The notes below the pieces were generated by a model. The model saw only the letters and a program-made list of their open reading frames with translations, did no database searches and was not told the origin of the DNA. From Pelagibacterium sp. (GTDB taxonomy: Bacteria; Pseudomonadota; Alphaproteobacteria; Rhizobiales; Devosiaceae): DNA of 64,000 bases. The position numbers were made by a program, and so were the translations under genes. The stretch lies in contig NZ_OZ252217.1 of assembly GCF_965249125.1 (NCBI RefSeq), positions 235,736 through 299,735 of the forward strand, in the 5' to 3' direction. Numbering within the stretch: the first letter of the stretch is position 1; every line of letters starts with the position of its first letter. Shown piece after piece: positions 29,971-39,964 of the stretch.

Positions 29971-30729
29971 ATGCCCCAAATCTTGCTTGAAAATGATCCG
30001 ATCGATGATCTTGAAATCGAGGAGATCATCACACGTGCTACAAAGCCTGACCATGCGCTGTTCGAGAGTGGTCGAGCTTGGGATTTCCTGCAAAATCTCA
30101 AGCTTCTGGAGCTGTTCGATGATCGCAAGATCCTCGATATCAAGCTCGGAATGCTACATTTCAAGCAACTGAAGGGGTTTCGCCCATTTCACACCGATGA
30201 ATTTACCGCGCTTAGGTTCGGTAAATTGCTTAGTTGGGGGCTCCATAAGAAAATCGTTCGTCACCATGGTGGGGCTCTGCGATGGCGGCTGCTTCATTCG
30301 GAAATGCAGTACGAGATGTGTGGCCCCGCTGTCAGGCAGCGAGCTGTACGTGTGCGAAATGTCAAAGACTGCTTCGAAGCTGCTGAAGCGCATCAGATCT
30401 GGCAAAAGGAACTGAAGCGCCGCGAACGCGTGCGAGCGCGTTACGCCGAAAAAATGGCTGCGGAAGCTTCTGAGTATATCGACTTCATCATCGATGAGGC
30501 GCCCGAGACCAAACTGCCCGACCCGATCGCGAGTCTTGCGGTCGCCGATCATGACACCATTGCAGCGTGTCGTGACGTTATGATCATTGCGATGCGTGAT
30601 CTCGGCGTCGAAGAATGTCGCAACGTCCACGGCCAATTGCGAAGAGCGTATCGAAAGGTTGCCGTAAAAGCTAAGCAGCAGAAAGAAGCTGACATGGACG
30701 CCATCGCCGATCTCACGGATTTTCTCTAA
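29971..30729 (+). CDS. Hypothetical protein (252 aa)
   Basis: Long ORF ending the small-ORF chain; helical, charged C-terminus; no motif recognised. Confidence 0.65.
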   Translation: MPQILLENDPIDDLEIEEIITRATKPDHALFESGRAWDFLQNLKLLELFDDRKILDIKLGMLHFKQLKGFRPFHTDEFTALRFGKLLSWGLHKKIVRHHGGALRWRLLHSEMQYEMCGPAVRQRAVRVRNVKDCFEAAEAHQIWQKELKRRERVRARYAEKMAAEASEYIDFIIDEAPETKLPDPIASLAVADHDTIAACRDVMIIAMRDLGVEECRNVHGQLRRAYRKVAVKAKQQKEADMDAIADLTDFL

Positions 30730-30839
30730 GGAGAACGTGTTCCTTGCAAGTTCCCCAACCGGTCCTTCGTTAGTACAGGTTTGGCCGGCTGTCTGAAATC
30801 AAGGTGCCCGATGGCCACAGCGATCGAGGGATGCCAACT

Positions 30840-31130
30840 TCAGATATGATCGCGAGGCACGGTCTCACGCCAGGATCGGCTGTACACCCTTGCGTCGCCT
30901 TCGAATGCGTCCAGTTCGGCATCGATATAGAAATTGTCGGCATCGCAGGTGAGTCGCATTCGCGTTCTGGTACGGACCTTCCAGTTCCCACGCTCAAGGG
31001 TGCGGTGCCATTCGGTTTCGCCGGACTGTGAGTTGTAGTCGCCGATGACGACCCGATACCGCTCTCTTGCCGAGGCGCTGAACGTCAGATCGATATCATC
31101 AAGCCGCATCGCTCCGCGATCGTCTATAAC
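30840..31130 (-). pseudogene. 3' remnant of a CocE/NonD (X-Pro dipeptidyl peptidase-like) hydrolase, truncated by IS3
   Basis: WKVRTRTRMRLTCDADNFYIDAELDAFEG...W...VPRDHI matches the C-terminus of this family as recalled; frame is open up to the IS end. Confidence 0.65.
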
Positions 31131-31132
31131 GT

Positions 31133-32376
31133 TGAGCTACTCCCTGAAAATGGGACGCTGACGTAAGCTACGAATTGTTGTCTGCTGGTCTTCGACGATG
31201 GAGATCAGAGATGTCGAAACGCAAGCAGCATTTGCCCGAGTTCAAGGCGAAGAGACGGTATCAGAATTGGCGAGCCGGTTCGGTATCCACCCTACGATGA
31301 TCCACCAGTGGAAACGGGCGTTGCTCGAAGGGGCATCGGGTGTGTTCGAGCGTGGCGGGCGCAAAAAGCCTGAGATTGACGATGAACAGGTCAAGGATCT
31401 GCACGCCAAGATCGGAGAGCTGGCTGTCGCCAATGATTTTTTGTCACGAAAGCTCAAGCCCTGGGGCGGGAAGTGAGACGGGGGATGATAGAACCTGATC
31501 ACCCCGTTCTCTCGATCGGCAAACAGTGCACGCTGCTGTCGATCGCGCGCTCTTCATTCTACTATACGCCGAAAGGGGAGACTGAGATCAACCTTGCCCT
31601 GATGCGCAGGATCGATGAGCAATTCCTGGAGACGCCCTTCTTCGGTGTCCGACAGATGACCTGGCACCTGCGCAATGAAGGTCACCTGGTGAACGAGAAG
31701 CGCGTGCGTCGGGCTGATGCGGCTCATGGGTCTGATGCCGATCTACCAGAAGCCCAATACCTCGAGACCGGCCAAGGGGCATAAGGTCTGGCCTTATCTT
31801 CTGAAGGGGTTGAGGGTGGAGCGCCCGAACCAGGCCTGGGCCGCGGACATCACGTATCTGCCGATGCGCCGGGGCTTTCTCTACCTGGTGGCCATCATGG
31901 ACTGGCACACACGCAAGGTGCTGGCCTGGCGCATCTCAAACACGCTGGAGGCCGACTTTTGCATCGAAGCGTTGAACGAGGCGGTCCACAAGTTCGGCCC
32001 GCCCGAGATCATGAACACCGACCAGGGCAGCCAGTTCACGTCCTTTGCCTGGACCGATCGGTTGCGACGAATGGGGGTGCGCATTTCCATGGATGGCAAG
32101 GGCCGGTTCCTCGACAACATCTTCGTCGAGCGGCTCTGGCGCACCCTGAAATACGAATGCGTCTATCTGCACGCGTGGGAAACCGGTTCACAGGCTCGCG
32201 CCGGCGTCCGCGAATGGATGGACTTCTATAATCATCGACGCCCCCATTCCGCCCTTGGCGGCAAACCGCCTGCCGTGATCTATTGGCAGCGCATTGACCA
32301 AACCCAACCCGACCAGCAGGTGCAACGAGTAGCTTAATTTACGGCGAAATCTGTCCAGCGATTGGGGAGTAGCTCA
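31133..32376 (+). mobile_element. IS3-family insertion sequence, degenerate
   Basis: Terminal IRs TGAGCTACTCCC / GGGAGTAGCTCA; orfA and orfB with a DDE domain (WAADITY, NTDQGSQF, NIFVERLWRTLKYE); no target duplication. Confidence 0.92.
31211..32337 (+). pseudogene. IS3 transposase orfA/orfB, each frameshifted
   Basis: orfA changes frame at 31244-31252 (MSKRKQHLPEFKAK to GEETVSEL); orfB has an extra G at 31711-31713 (RVRR to LMRLMGL in another frame). Confidence 0.8.
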
Positions 32377-32792
32377 TGATGGTGGGAACGAGGCGCCTTG
32401 GCTGGGAGGTGGGTAGAACCTGTATTCGCATCAAAAAGTAACTGTTTCGAAGACGCAGAACTGACGGCTTCTCACATTAGCCAACAGTGCAATGGACCGT
32501 TCAGGTGGCTACCCGTTAGGGCTGCGTTCCAATACTTGATCGCGTCTTCATTATGATCTTGCTCGCTGCTACGACCGTCAAAGGTAGCCAAATTGTATGT
32601 CGCAGCAAGTCCGGGCCAGGATTCCATGGGCCCCCGGACACTTCGCGGGAGGCATTCCCGATGTTGATGGCAATTTCAGGCGCTCAGACGCGGGACCAGC
32701 AGACCGAGTTCTTTTCCCTGTGGAATATGCGGCAAAACCGCACTGGCCCCGCGTCGCCAACGGCAGATCGTCTTTGCGTTCGCGCTAAAACA

Positions 32793-32836
32793 CTTGACAA
32801 CCCGTCAAGCGAAAAATATGGAATGGCATTCTATAT
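32793..32836 (+). promoter_or_regulatory. Promoter/operator upstream of the IclR gene
   Basis: CTTGAC-AACCC-GTCAAG palindrome containing TTGACA, then near-palindrome ATATGGAAT-GGC-ATTCTATAT (32816-32836). Confidence 0.5.
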
Positions 32837-32868
32837 CGGAAGGCTATTCCATTTTTTGAGGCGAGAGC

Positions 32869-33675
32869 ATGTCGGCAGTAGAGCGAGCCCTTATGTTGCT
32901 GGAGCATCTTGCCAGTGTAGAGCAGGACAGCATAGCAGACATATGTCGTGTTCTTCCCTTGCAGCCAAGCTCAGCTCACCGAATTCTCGGCGAACTAATC
33001 CGTCTTGGATATGTTCGACAGCGGGGTTCGCAAGGGCACTATAGCTTGACCATCAAGCTCAGTTCACTGGGCCTTACGCACCTGGCTGCACGAGGCATTA
33101 CCGATATCGCCCAACCGATCCTGGACGAGTTGGCTCATGAAGTTTGTGAATTGGTTCGCTTCAGTGTCGTTGAGGGTGACGACCTCATTTGGATCGCCAA
33201 ATCGCAGGGGGCGAAAGCTGGATTGCGATACGATCCTGATCCTGACATGGGCTTGAAGGTCAACCTGGGAGCCACTGCCAGCGGTCTTGCGCGGCTGCTG
33301 ACGCTCACTGACAACGAAGCGGTGATGTTGTTGGGGCGACAGGGTGTTGAATTTCCCTTGAAGGGTTTTGGCTCAGCGGCCCCGACCAGTATCGATGAAT
33401 TCCTTCAGGTTCTCGGTCGATGCCGCAGCGTCGGTTACGGCTTCGTTCACGATAGCTATGAAGATGGAACAAGTGCGATGGCAATGCCGGTAGTGAAGGC
33501 GAGAAGCGCTGAAGTGATCGGCGTCATCAGCATTGCCGGCCCATCGGTCCGAATGACAGCGGCGAGGATGTCAGCGATGGCCCTCCCATTGCGTGCCGCT
33601 ACAGAGCAACTCGCCGAGATAGGCGCCGGCTTGTCATTTGCAAATTCTGCGGGTTTTGAGACGCTCGACGCTTAA
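32869..33675 (+). CDS. IclR-family transcriptional regulator
   Basis: SAVERALMLLE HTH, LIRLGYVRQ, ATASG, GYGFVHDSYEDG, GVISIAGP. Confidence 0.9.
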   Translation: MSAVERALMLLEHLASVEQDSIADICRVLPLQPSSAHRILGELIRLGYVRQRGSQGHYSLTIKLSSLGLTHLAARGITDIAQPILDELAHEVCELVRFSVVEGDDLIWIAKSQGAKAGLRYDPDPDMGLKVNLGATASGLARLLTLTDNEAVMLLGRQGVEFPLKGFGSAAPTSIDEFLQVLGRCRSVGYGFVHDSYEDGTSAMAMPVVKARSAEVIGVISIAGPSVRMTAARMSAMALPLRAATEQLAEIGAGLSFANSAGFETLDA

Positions 33676-33761
33676 GTCCCGCGCGCAAGACAGCGCCGGG
33701 GGGCGCCCAAGAACAGCGGACTGCAAGCCCCCGATTGCAGTTCTAGATCTGGGAGCGAGTA

Positions 33762-34760
33762 ATGTACAAAAAAATTGCGCTGGCTGTTGGCTTTGTCGCC
33801 GCGGGGATACTCCCTGGCGCTGCTGCTGAAATCACAATGGGCCACGGGGATCCGGGAGGAGAGTGGTACACCAGTATGAACCAGGCCGCATCGGTGCTTT
33901 TTGAAAGCATCCTGGAAAGTGAGGCAGAGGCAGACCTTACTGTAAATGTCTATCCGGCCGGTCAGTTGGGCAGTGAGGCCGACCTCTTGCAATCGGTTCA
34001 ATCAGGCGCTGTCCAGGTTGCAATGGCTGCCGCGACCTTTTCAAGTGTTTGTCCTGAGGCCGCAGTATTCGACGTGCCATATCTCTTCTCTTCTGAGCCT
34101 GACGCATGGCAATTGCTCGACGGGCCCATCGGAACCAAACTTCGCGATATTTGCATAGAGCGTGCTGGGGTAAGAATTCTAGGGTATGGAGAGTCGGGTT
34201 TCCGGCATTTCACCAACTCGCGCGGGCCAATTTCCGGACCTTCTGACCTTAGCGGCCTCAAGGTGCGCGTGATGCAGGCGCCGCAATATATAGAGATGCT
34301 ATCGGCATTGGGCGCAGAGCCGACGCCGATTCCATTTCCTGATCTGCCAGCCGCTCTCGCGACTGGAGTGGTGGACGGTCAGGAAAATCCAATCTCTGTG
34401 ATTGTGTATGGAAAACTCTATGAATCCCAAGACTATTTGTCACTTGATGGGCACACTTACACTGTCGCCTTCATGCTCATCAATGAGGATTTCTTTCAGT
34501 CTCTTACCGCAGATCAACAAGCGTTAGTTGAGCGCGCCGGAAAGGCATCAATGATGATGCATAGGTCCATCCAGCAACTGAATTCCGCTCAGGGTTTGAC
34601 CGAGTTGACCGAACAGGGAATGCAAGTGAACCGGCCAGATGCAGACAGCATCGCTGAGTTCAAAGCGGTTACTCAACCAGCGGTTATCGATTGGCTCAGA
34701 ACCACCGATGCCGATCAGAACTTTATCGACGAAGTTCTCGACGCTGCGCAGTCCCAGTAA
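33762..34760 (+). CDS. dctP: TRAP transporter substrate-binding protein
   Basis: VYPAGQLGSE, FDVPYLF, GFRHFTN, GLKVRVM, LATGVVDGQENP. Confidence 0.92.
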   Translation: MYKKIALAVGFVAAGILPGAAAEITMGHGDPGGEWYTSMNQAASVLFESILESEAEADLTVNVYPAGQLGSEADLLQSVQSGAVQVAMAAATFSSVCPEAAVFDVPYLFSSEPDAWQLLDGPIGTKLRDICIERAGVRILGYGESGFRHFTNSRGPISGPSDLSGLKVRVMQAPQYIEMLSALGAEPTPIPFPDLPAALATGVVDGQENPISVIVYGKLYESQDYLSLDGHTYTVAFMLINEDFFQSLTADQQALVERAGKASMMMHRSIQQLNSAQGLTELTEQGMQVNRPDADSIAEFKAVTQPAVIDWLRTTDADQNFIDEVLDAAQSQ

Positions 34761-34823
34761 ACAATCCTACAAGCGCGCCTGACGTAGCAACGCGATAGGC
34801 GCGCTTACAATTAGAGGCCTGCG

Positions 34824-35297
34824 ATGAAGAAAGTCTTTGAAATTTATGATAAGGCTCAAGAGGTTATATTATCCGTACTAGGGTTTTCACTTTTTATCGC
34901 AATACTGATAGGAATATTTTCCAGGCAATTTGCCTGGAGAATTCAGTGGGCGGATGAGGCCTCGCGGTTTATAATGATATATGCGGTAATGATCGGAACG
35001 GCGATTGCGTATAGATCCGGTAGGCACATAGCAGTTGGTTTGATTTCAGAGTCTATTCCTGAGTTATATCAAACAATACTAAAGCTAGGTGTCCATATTT
35101 CGGTAGTTGTTATCGGTATAATAATGATTCATTCCGGGACGCTTCTCGTGTCCTCTCAGGGCCACATTTTGGCTCCCTCCCTTCGAGTTCCATTAGCATT
35201 TGCCTACTCGGCCATACCTGTTGGAGGCATCCTTTTGTCCATTGAGGGCGTGAGGATGACCATTTCAGTCATACGTGGAGGGAGAAAGATATGCTAA
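34824..35297 (+). CDS. dctQ: TRAP small permease
   Basis: WADEASRF, GRHIAV, four hydrophobic helices, located between dctP and dctM. Confidence 0.88.
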   Translation: MKKVFEIYDKAQEVILSVLGFSLFIAILIGIFSRQFAWRIQWADEASRFIMIYAVMIGTAIAYRSGRHIAVGLISESIPELYQTILKLGVHISVVVIGIIMIHSGTLLVSSQGHILAPSLRVPLAFAYSAIPVGGILLSIEGVRMTISVIRGGRKIC

Positions 35298-36562
35298 CGA
35301 TAATAGTACTAATAGTCAGTATTGTAATCGGTGTTCCTGTCGCGTTATCCGTGATCGTGTCTGGAGCGCTAGTTGTTTACACGGGTCCTCTACCTGACAG
35401 CGTTGTTGCTCAACGGATATTCGGTGGACTAGATTCCTCCGCACTGCTTGCGGTTCCGTTGTTTGTTCTTGCTGGCGAAATTATGAACGCGAGCGGAATA
35501 ACAAAGCGGATTATAGAGATGGCAAAGGCATTTGTTGGTGCTTCTCGTGCCTCTCTCGGGCTGGTCAACGTCTGGTCCTCGGTGATTTTTGGCGGCATTT
35601 CGGGTTCTGCAGTTGCGGACGCCTCTGCGCTAGGTCGAGTGTTTATCCCGGAAATGCAACGTACGGGCTATCCGCCTGCATACGCGGCAGCGCTGACCGC
35701 CGCATCCTCCGTAATCGGCCCATTAATTCCCCCGAGTATTCCGGTAGTCATCTACGCGGTGACGACGTCGGGAGTATCGGTTCCTGGGCTATTCCTCGCC
35801 GGCGTTGGTCCTGGGCTAGTGATGGCAATTTGCCTAAGCGCTGCGGTCATGACCGCTGGAGCCAAGTACGAACGCGCTGGGCCACGGTTGTCGGTCAGAA
35901 CACGATTGGGGATGGTGGTGCGAGGCTTCGTGCCGGTGTCCATGCCGTTATTTATCGTGCTTGCGCTACTGACTGGTTTTGCAACGCCGACAGAAGCTGC
36001 GGGGTTGGCGGTCCTTTACGCGTTGGCCATCGGGTTCTTTATCTATCGCACGCTCAAATTCAGTCAAATGTTCAGCATAATGGGTGCCGCCATGCGCGAT
36101 AGCTCCGTGGTGCTGGTTATCATAGCGGCAATGGCGTTTGGAAACTGGCTGCTGACCTTGGCGCAAGTCCCCCAGACCCTTTCCGGATTTCTGACTGATG
36201 GAATCAGTGATCCGATGATCTTCCTCGTTGCAGTGGTTATGTTCCTGCTGGTGATCGGTTGCTTTCTTGAAGGTGCGGCGGCGATATTGATACTCGTGCC
36301 AATATTGCATCCCTTGGCAATTAGTTATGGCATCGACCCTATTCACTTCGCGATGATTGTAATTTCAACGCTAATGGTGGGATTAGTGACGCCGCCTATG
36401 GGTATGTGTTTATTTGTTGTGAGTAGTATATCCGGCATAAAAACTTGGCATATTGTTAAGTATGTGTGGCCGATGCTTCTAATACAGCTGGTAGCAATCG
36501 GTGTTATTGTTGCAGTTCCGCAAATATCAACATCGCTGCCTAATTTCTTCGGATTTGGATAA
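35291..36562 (+). CDS. dctM: TRAP large permease
   Basis: LLAVPLFVLAGEIMN, GISGSAVAD, PLIPPSIP, TPTEAA, GIDPIHF, TPPMG. Confidence 0.93.
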   Translation: MLTIIVLIVSIVIGVPVALSVIVSGALVVYTGPLPDSVVAQRIFGGLDSSALLAVPLFVLAGEIMNASGITKRIIEMAKAFVGASRASLGLVNVWSSVIFGGISGSAVADASALGRVFIPEMQRTGYPPAYAAALTAASSVIGPLIPPSIPVVIYAVTTSGVSVPGLFLAGVGPGLVMAICLSAAVMTAGAKYERAGPRLSVRTRLGMVVRGFVPVSMPLFIVLALLTGFATPTEAAGLAVLYALAIGFFIYRTLKFSQMFSIMGAAMRDSSVVLVIIAAMAFGNWLLTLAQVPQTLSGFLTDGISDPMIFLVAVVMFLLVIGCFLEGAAAILILVPILHPLAISYGIDPIHFAMIVISTLMVGLVTPPMGMCLFVVSSISGIKTWHIVKYVWPMLLIQLVAIGVIVAVPQISTSLPNFFGFG

Positions 36563-36579
36563 ATGGTGAGGCAGTAAAA

Positions 36580-37392
36580 ATGGCCGTTTTAAACAACGAG
36601 ATTGGAGCGCACACGTTCAGCCTGGTTTGGCACGGACGCGCAAGTGACTGCATTGAAGAGCTGCACAGCGAGGGTTTCCGAAAAATTCAGCTTCTGGTTT
36701 CTCCCCCGCACGTAGAAATGTTTCACGACAGAGAAGCGGAGCGAATTCGGAATGTCCTCGATGCTAACGGCATTGACCTAATTTCCATAGATTTACCCGC
36801 TAGCGAATATAATCTTGCCAGTCCGATTAGTGAACTTGCGGAATACTCGTGCCGGGCCTATTTGGAACTAGTAGATTTCGCTGCCAAATTGGGGAGTAGG
36901 TCAATTACGCTCGTTGCTGGACGGCGACATTCTCTATTGGAGGCGCCGTCAGGCTATCTTGAGGGGGTATTTCTCCCCAGTTTCAGAAGAATTCTGGCTC
37001 GTGCTCAAGAGCAAGGCGTGCGCGTGATTGTAGAGAACCATCCGCAAAGTCTCCTATCAACGGCGTCAAGCATCCGAACCTTGTCGGACGAATATCCGGA
37101 TACCGGGGTTCTCTATGACGTCGCTAACGCTGTGGCGGTAGATGAAGATCCGGCGGAAGGTATATGCATACTCAGTGACGTCATAAAAGTTCTGCATTTG
37201 TCTGACGCTAAAGAAAAAGAGTGGCGCCATGATCCTATAGGGGATGGAAGTATCAACTTTAGCGAAGTAATTGACACTGTTAAGAAATATCAGATCGATT
37301 GTGATGTTGTTCTGGAAATTTTCTCAAAACAACCGGTCAGAGACTTAATTAGCGGTCGAGAAAAAATCGTTAAGTTAATGGAGAAGGCATAG
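36580..37392 (+). CDS. Sugar phosphate isomerase/epimerase-family TIM barrel
   Basis: IVENH, LYDVAN, LHLSD, IGDGSINF, VLE metal-binding pattern. Confidence 0.8.
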   Translation: MAVLNNEIGAHTFSLVWHGRASDCIEELHSEGFRKIQLLVSPPHVEMFHDREAERIRNVLDANGIDLISIDLPASEYNLASPISELAEYSCRAYLELVDFAAKLGSRSITLVAGRRHSLLEAPSGYLEGVFLPSFRRILARAQEQGVRVIVENHPQSLLSTASSIRTLSDEYPDTGVLYDVANAVAVDEDPAEGICILSDVIKVLHLSDAKEKEWRHDPIGDGSINFSEVIDTVKKYQIDCDVVLEIFSKQPVRDLISGREKIVKLMEKA

Positions 37393-37395
37393 GCA

Positions 37396-38043
37396 ATGCG
37401 CATCGCAGGTATTTTGGCGATATGGCACGATATTACGCCAGGCTATTCCCTGGAGTTCGAGAAATGGCACAGCATCGAACACCTTGCTGAGCGCGTTAGC
37501 GTGCCAGGTTTTGTATCAGGCAGGCGGTTTATGAGCATTGATGGTTCTGAACCTGAATGTTTCACTCTCTATGAAGCGAACCACATTAAAGTGTTCGGTT
37601 CAGTAGAGTACCTTAGCAGGTTGAACAGCCCTTCGGACTGGACGGTAAAAGTTCAGCCAAACCTGACTAATTTCGATCGAGCGGCGGCAAGTGTAGTGCT
37701 GCACTTGGGTGCAGGGCACGGCGGTTTTGTTGTAACGGTCCAAGTACCAGAATCTTCAGCAGATAATGCAGAAATGCAGAGGTTGGTACTTGAACTCTAT
37801 GAATTGTCCAGCGTTGTTGCGGTCACGCTTGCGAAGTCGTCGCCGTCGATAAGCGAACTGCCGACTGCTGAGCGGGCATTGCGGGGGCAGCAAAACGAGA
37901 CAGAGAGTGCTTGGATTGTCTTAGTGGAGATGTTCACGACGGTGGACGTCGCTGAGGTTTATGAGGTGCTCCGTGGGAAGTTTGGCAGTGCTGAAGCCGC
38001 CAAAACCGCAGTATATCGTCTATCACACACTGTGATGGCTTAA
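37396..38043 (+). CDS. Hypothetical protein (dimeric alpha+beta barrel, DUF4286/EthD-like)
   Basis: FEKWHSIEHLAERVSVPGFVSGRRF and YLSRLNSPSDWT pattern. Confidence 0.65.
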   Translation: MRIAGILAIWHDITPGYSLEFEKWHSIEHLAERVSVPGFVSGRRFMSIDGSEPECFTLYEANHIKVFGSVEYLSRLNSPSDWTVKVQPNLTNFDRAAASVVLHLGAGHGGFVVTVQVPESSADNAEMQRLVLELYELSSVVAVTLAKSSPSISELPTAERALRGQQNETESAWIVLVEMFTTVDVAEVYEVLRGKFGSAEAAKTAVYRLSHTVMA

Positions 38044-38061
38044 TAAAGCCGAGGAAAGAAT

Positions 38062-38946
38062 ATGAAAGTATTATTGACTGGTGGTGGCGGTTTCATTGGG
38101 CGGCACGTAATTTCGAGACTTGTTGCTGAGGGCGTTTCGATTAGAGCGATTGATACCAACTCCATGCCGGGAGACTTCATTGATATGCTCGGACAGAAGG
38201 CCTCGTTAGTTGAGTGGCTGCAGGGCGATGTTTCCGACGAGGCGTTTGTATCTGAAGCAGCGACCGGCTGCTCAAGTATATGTCATATTGCGGGCGTATT
38301 AACTCCTGCCTGTCAGGAAAACCCCATTCGGGGAGCCGTGATAAACGTGCTGGGAACGCTTTATGTATTTGAGGCGGCACGCCGCCATGGCATTAGCCGT
38401 GTGGTCTACACGAGTTCAGCTGCGGTGTTCGGAGCCGGGGGCGAGAGCTTCCCGAAACCGGATACTCACTACGGTGCCTTTAAGCTTGCGAACGAGGGGT
38501 CAGCTCGCGCTTACTATAATGATCATGGACTTTCTAGTGTGGGTCTAAGACCGTTTGTGGTCTATGGACCGGGGCGTGAGGTTGGTCTATCCGCAGGCAT
38601 CACTCTTGCTTGTAAAGCCGCGGCATCCGGGCAGTCTTATACAATCCCGTTTACCGGCACTGCTGGCTTTGTGTATGTGGACGAAGTGGTTTCAGCATAT
38701 TTGGCTGCCCTTAACGAGCCGTTCGAGGGCGCGCAAGCTTTGGATCTTAACGGCGAAATCGTGACCGTTGACGTTGTGCTAGATACAATCAGAAACCTTG
38801 TACCTGGTGCGAATGTATCTGCAACCGGCCCGGCACTTCCAACAATCGTGCCACAAGCCGGTCCGTCTCAGGAAACTAGGCTGGTGTTGCCGGAGCCCAT
38901 AAGCCTTGTCGAGGGTATATCTAAAACGATCCAGTTCTATCGATAG
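38062..38946 (+). CDS. NAD-dependent epimerase/dehydratase (extended SDR)
   Basis: TGGGGFIG, YTSSAAVFG, YxxxK (YGAFK), LRPFVVYGPGR. Confidence 0.9.
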   Translation: MKVLLTGGGGFIGRHVISRLVAEGVSIRAIDTNSMPGDFIDMLGQKASLVEWLQGDVSDEAFVSEAATGCSSICHIAGVLTPACQENPIRGAVINVLGTLYVFEAARRHGISRVVYTSSAAVFGAGGESFPKPDTHYGAFKLANEGSARAYYNDHGLSSVGLRPFVVYGPGREVGLSAGITLACKAAASGQSYTIPFTGTAGFVYVDEVVSAYLAALNEPFEGAQALDLNGEIVTVDVVLDTIRNLVPGANVSATGPALPTIVPQAGPSQETRLVLPEPISLVEGISKTIQFYR

Positions 38947-39120
38947 AAAATCTGCATGCAATGGGGCGGGGTTTCGCCCGCCTCAAATTGTGGCGGTCGT
39001 GCATGTCCGGCCAACCTGAGCCGCTACGCACTTTGGACCATCCGGATGGTAAGCCTTCGGGTATGCCTCCGTTGAGGGCCGCCTTGGCCCGAGGGGCCGA
39101 TCTGGTAGCAAACTATCAGT

Positions 39121-39531
39121 ATGGATATCCTTACTGACAAAAGTCGCGTCGAGCGGCTCGAGATTGTGGACACAGGCCGGCGCCGGCGGTTCAGTGATGC
39201 GGAGAAGATCCGGATCGTTGAAGAAAGCTTGTCGGCCCCGCGAATGGGTTCGGCGACCGCGCGACGGCATGGCATTGCGGTGCCATTGATTTTTGCGTGG
39301 CGCAAGGCGTATCGCGAGGGACAGCTAGGTCACGAGGCGCCTTCGTTTTATCCGGTGCGCTTGGATGGGAGTGGGGGTCATGCCAGCGATGGCAGCCTTC
39401 CACCAGAGCCGCCCACGGATGGTTCAGCCAGTCCTGTCGAGATCGTGCTGCGCAATGGTCGCCGCATGATCATGCGCTCCGATATTGCACCTGAGGTGCT
39501 GGGTCGCCTGCTCGATGTGGTGGACCGATGA
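39121..39531 (+). CDS. tnpA: IS66 accessory protein TnpA
   Basis: [36 protein letters not shown]. Confidence 0.9.
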   Translation: MDILTDKSRVERLEIVDTGRRRRFSDAEKIRIVEESLSAPRMGSATARRHGIAVPLIFAWRKAYREGQLGHEAPSFYPVRLDGSGGHASDGSLPPEPPTDGSASPVEIVLRNGRRMIMRSDIAPEVLGRLLDVVDR

Positions 39532-39875
39532 TCCCGGTTCCGAGCGGGACGCGGGTCTGGCTGGCAGCGGGCCACACTGACATGCGCAAGGGGTTCAACT
39601 CTCTGGCGCTGGTGGTGCAGGAGGTGCTCAAGCGCGATCCCCATGGCGGACATCTGTTCGTGTTCCGGGGTCGCAAGGGCAATCTGGTTCGCATCATCTG
39701 GCATGATGGTCAGGGCGCATGCGTGTTCACCAAACGGCTCGAGCGCGGGCGTTTCCTCTGGCCCTCGCCGGCCGATGGTGTTGTGACGATCTCGCCCGCC
39801 CAGCTCGGATATCTGCTTGAAGGGATCGACTGGCGGATGCCGCAAAAGACCTGGCGGCCACTCTCGGCGGGATGA
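39528..39875 (+). CDS. tnpB: IS66 accessory protein TnpB
   Basis: [38 protein letters not shown]. Confidence 0.95.
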   Translation: MIPVPSGTRVWLAAGHTDMRKGFNSLALVVQEVLKRDPHGGHLFVFRGRKGNLVRIIWHDGQGACVFTKRLERGRFLWPSPADGVVTISPAQLGYLLEGIDWRMPQKTWRPLSAG

Positions 39876-39964
39876 CCATAGTGCACCGCGACACGGTGAC
39901 TCATCTGGTGCAAAACGGGTCCAACCAGCTCGTGGCGAGGACCAGATTCTGGTAAGGTCACGGC

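Noticed and set aside
32400-32780. Gene or ncRNA upstream of IclR
   Set aside because: Only short featureless ORFs and one partial repeat arm near 32456; nothing supportable.
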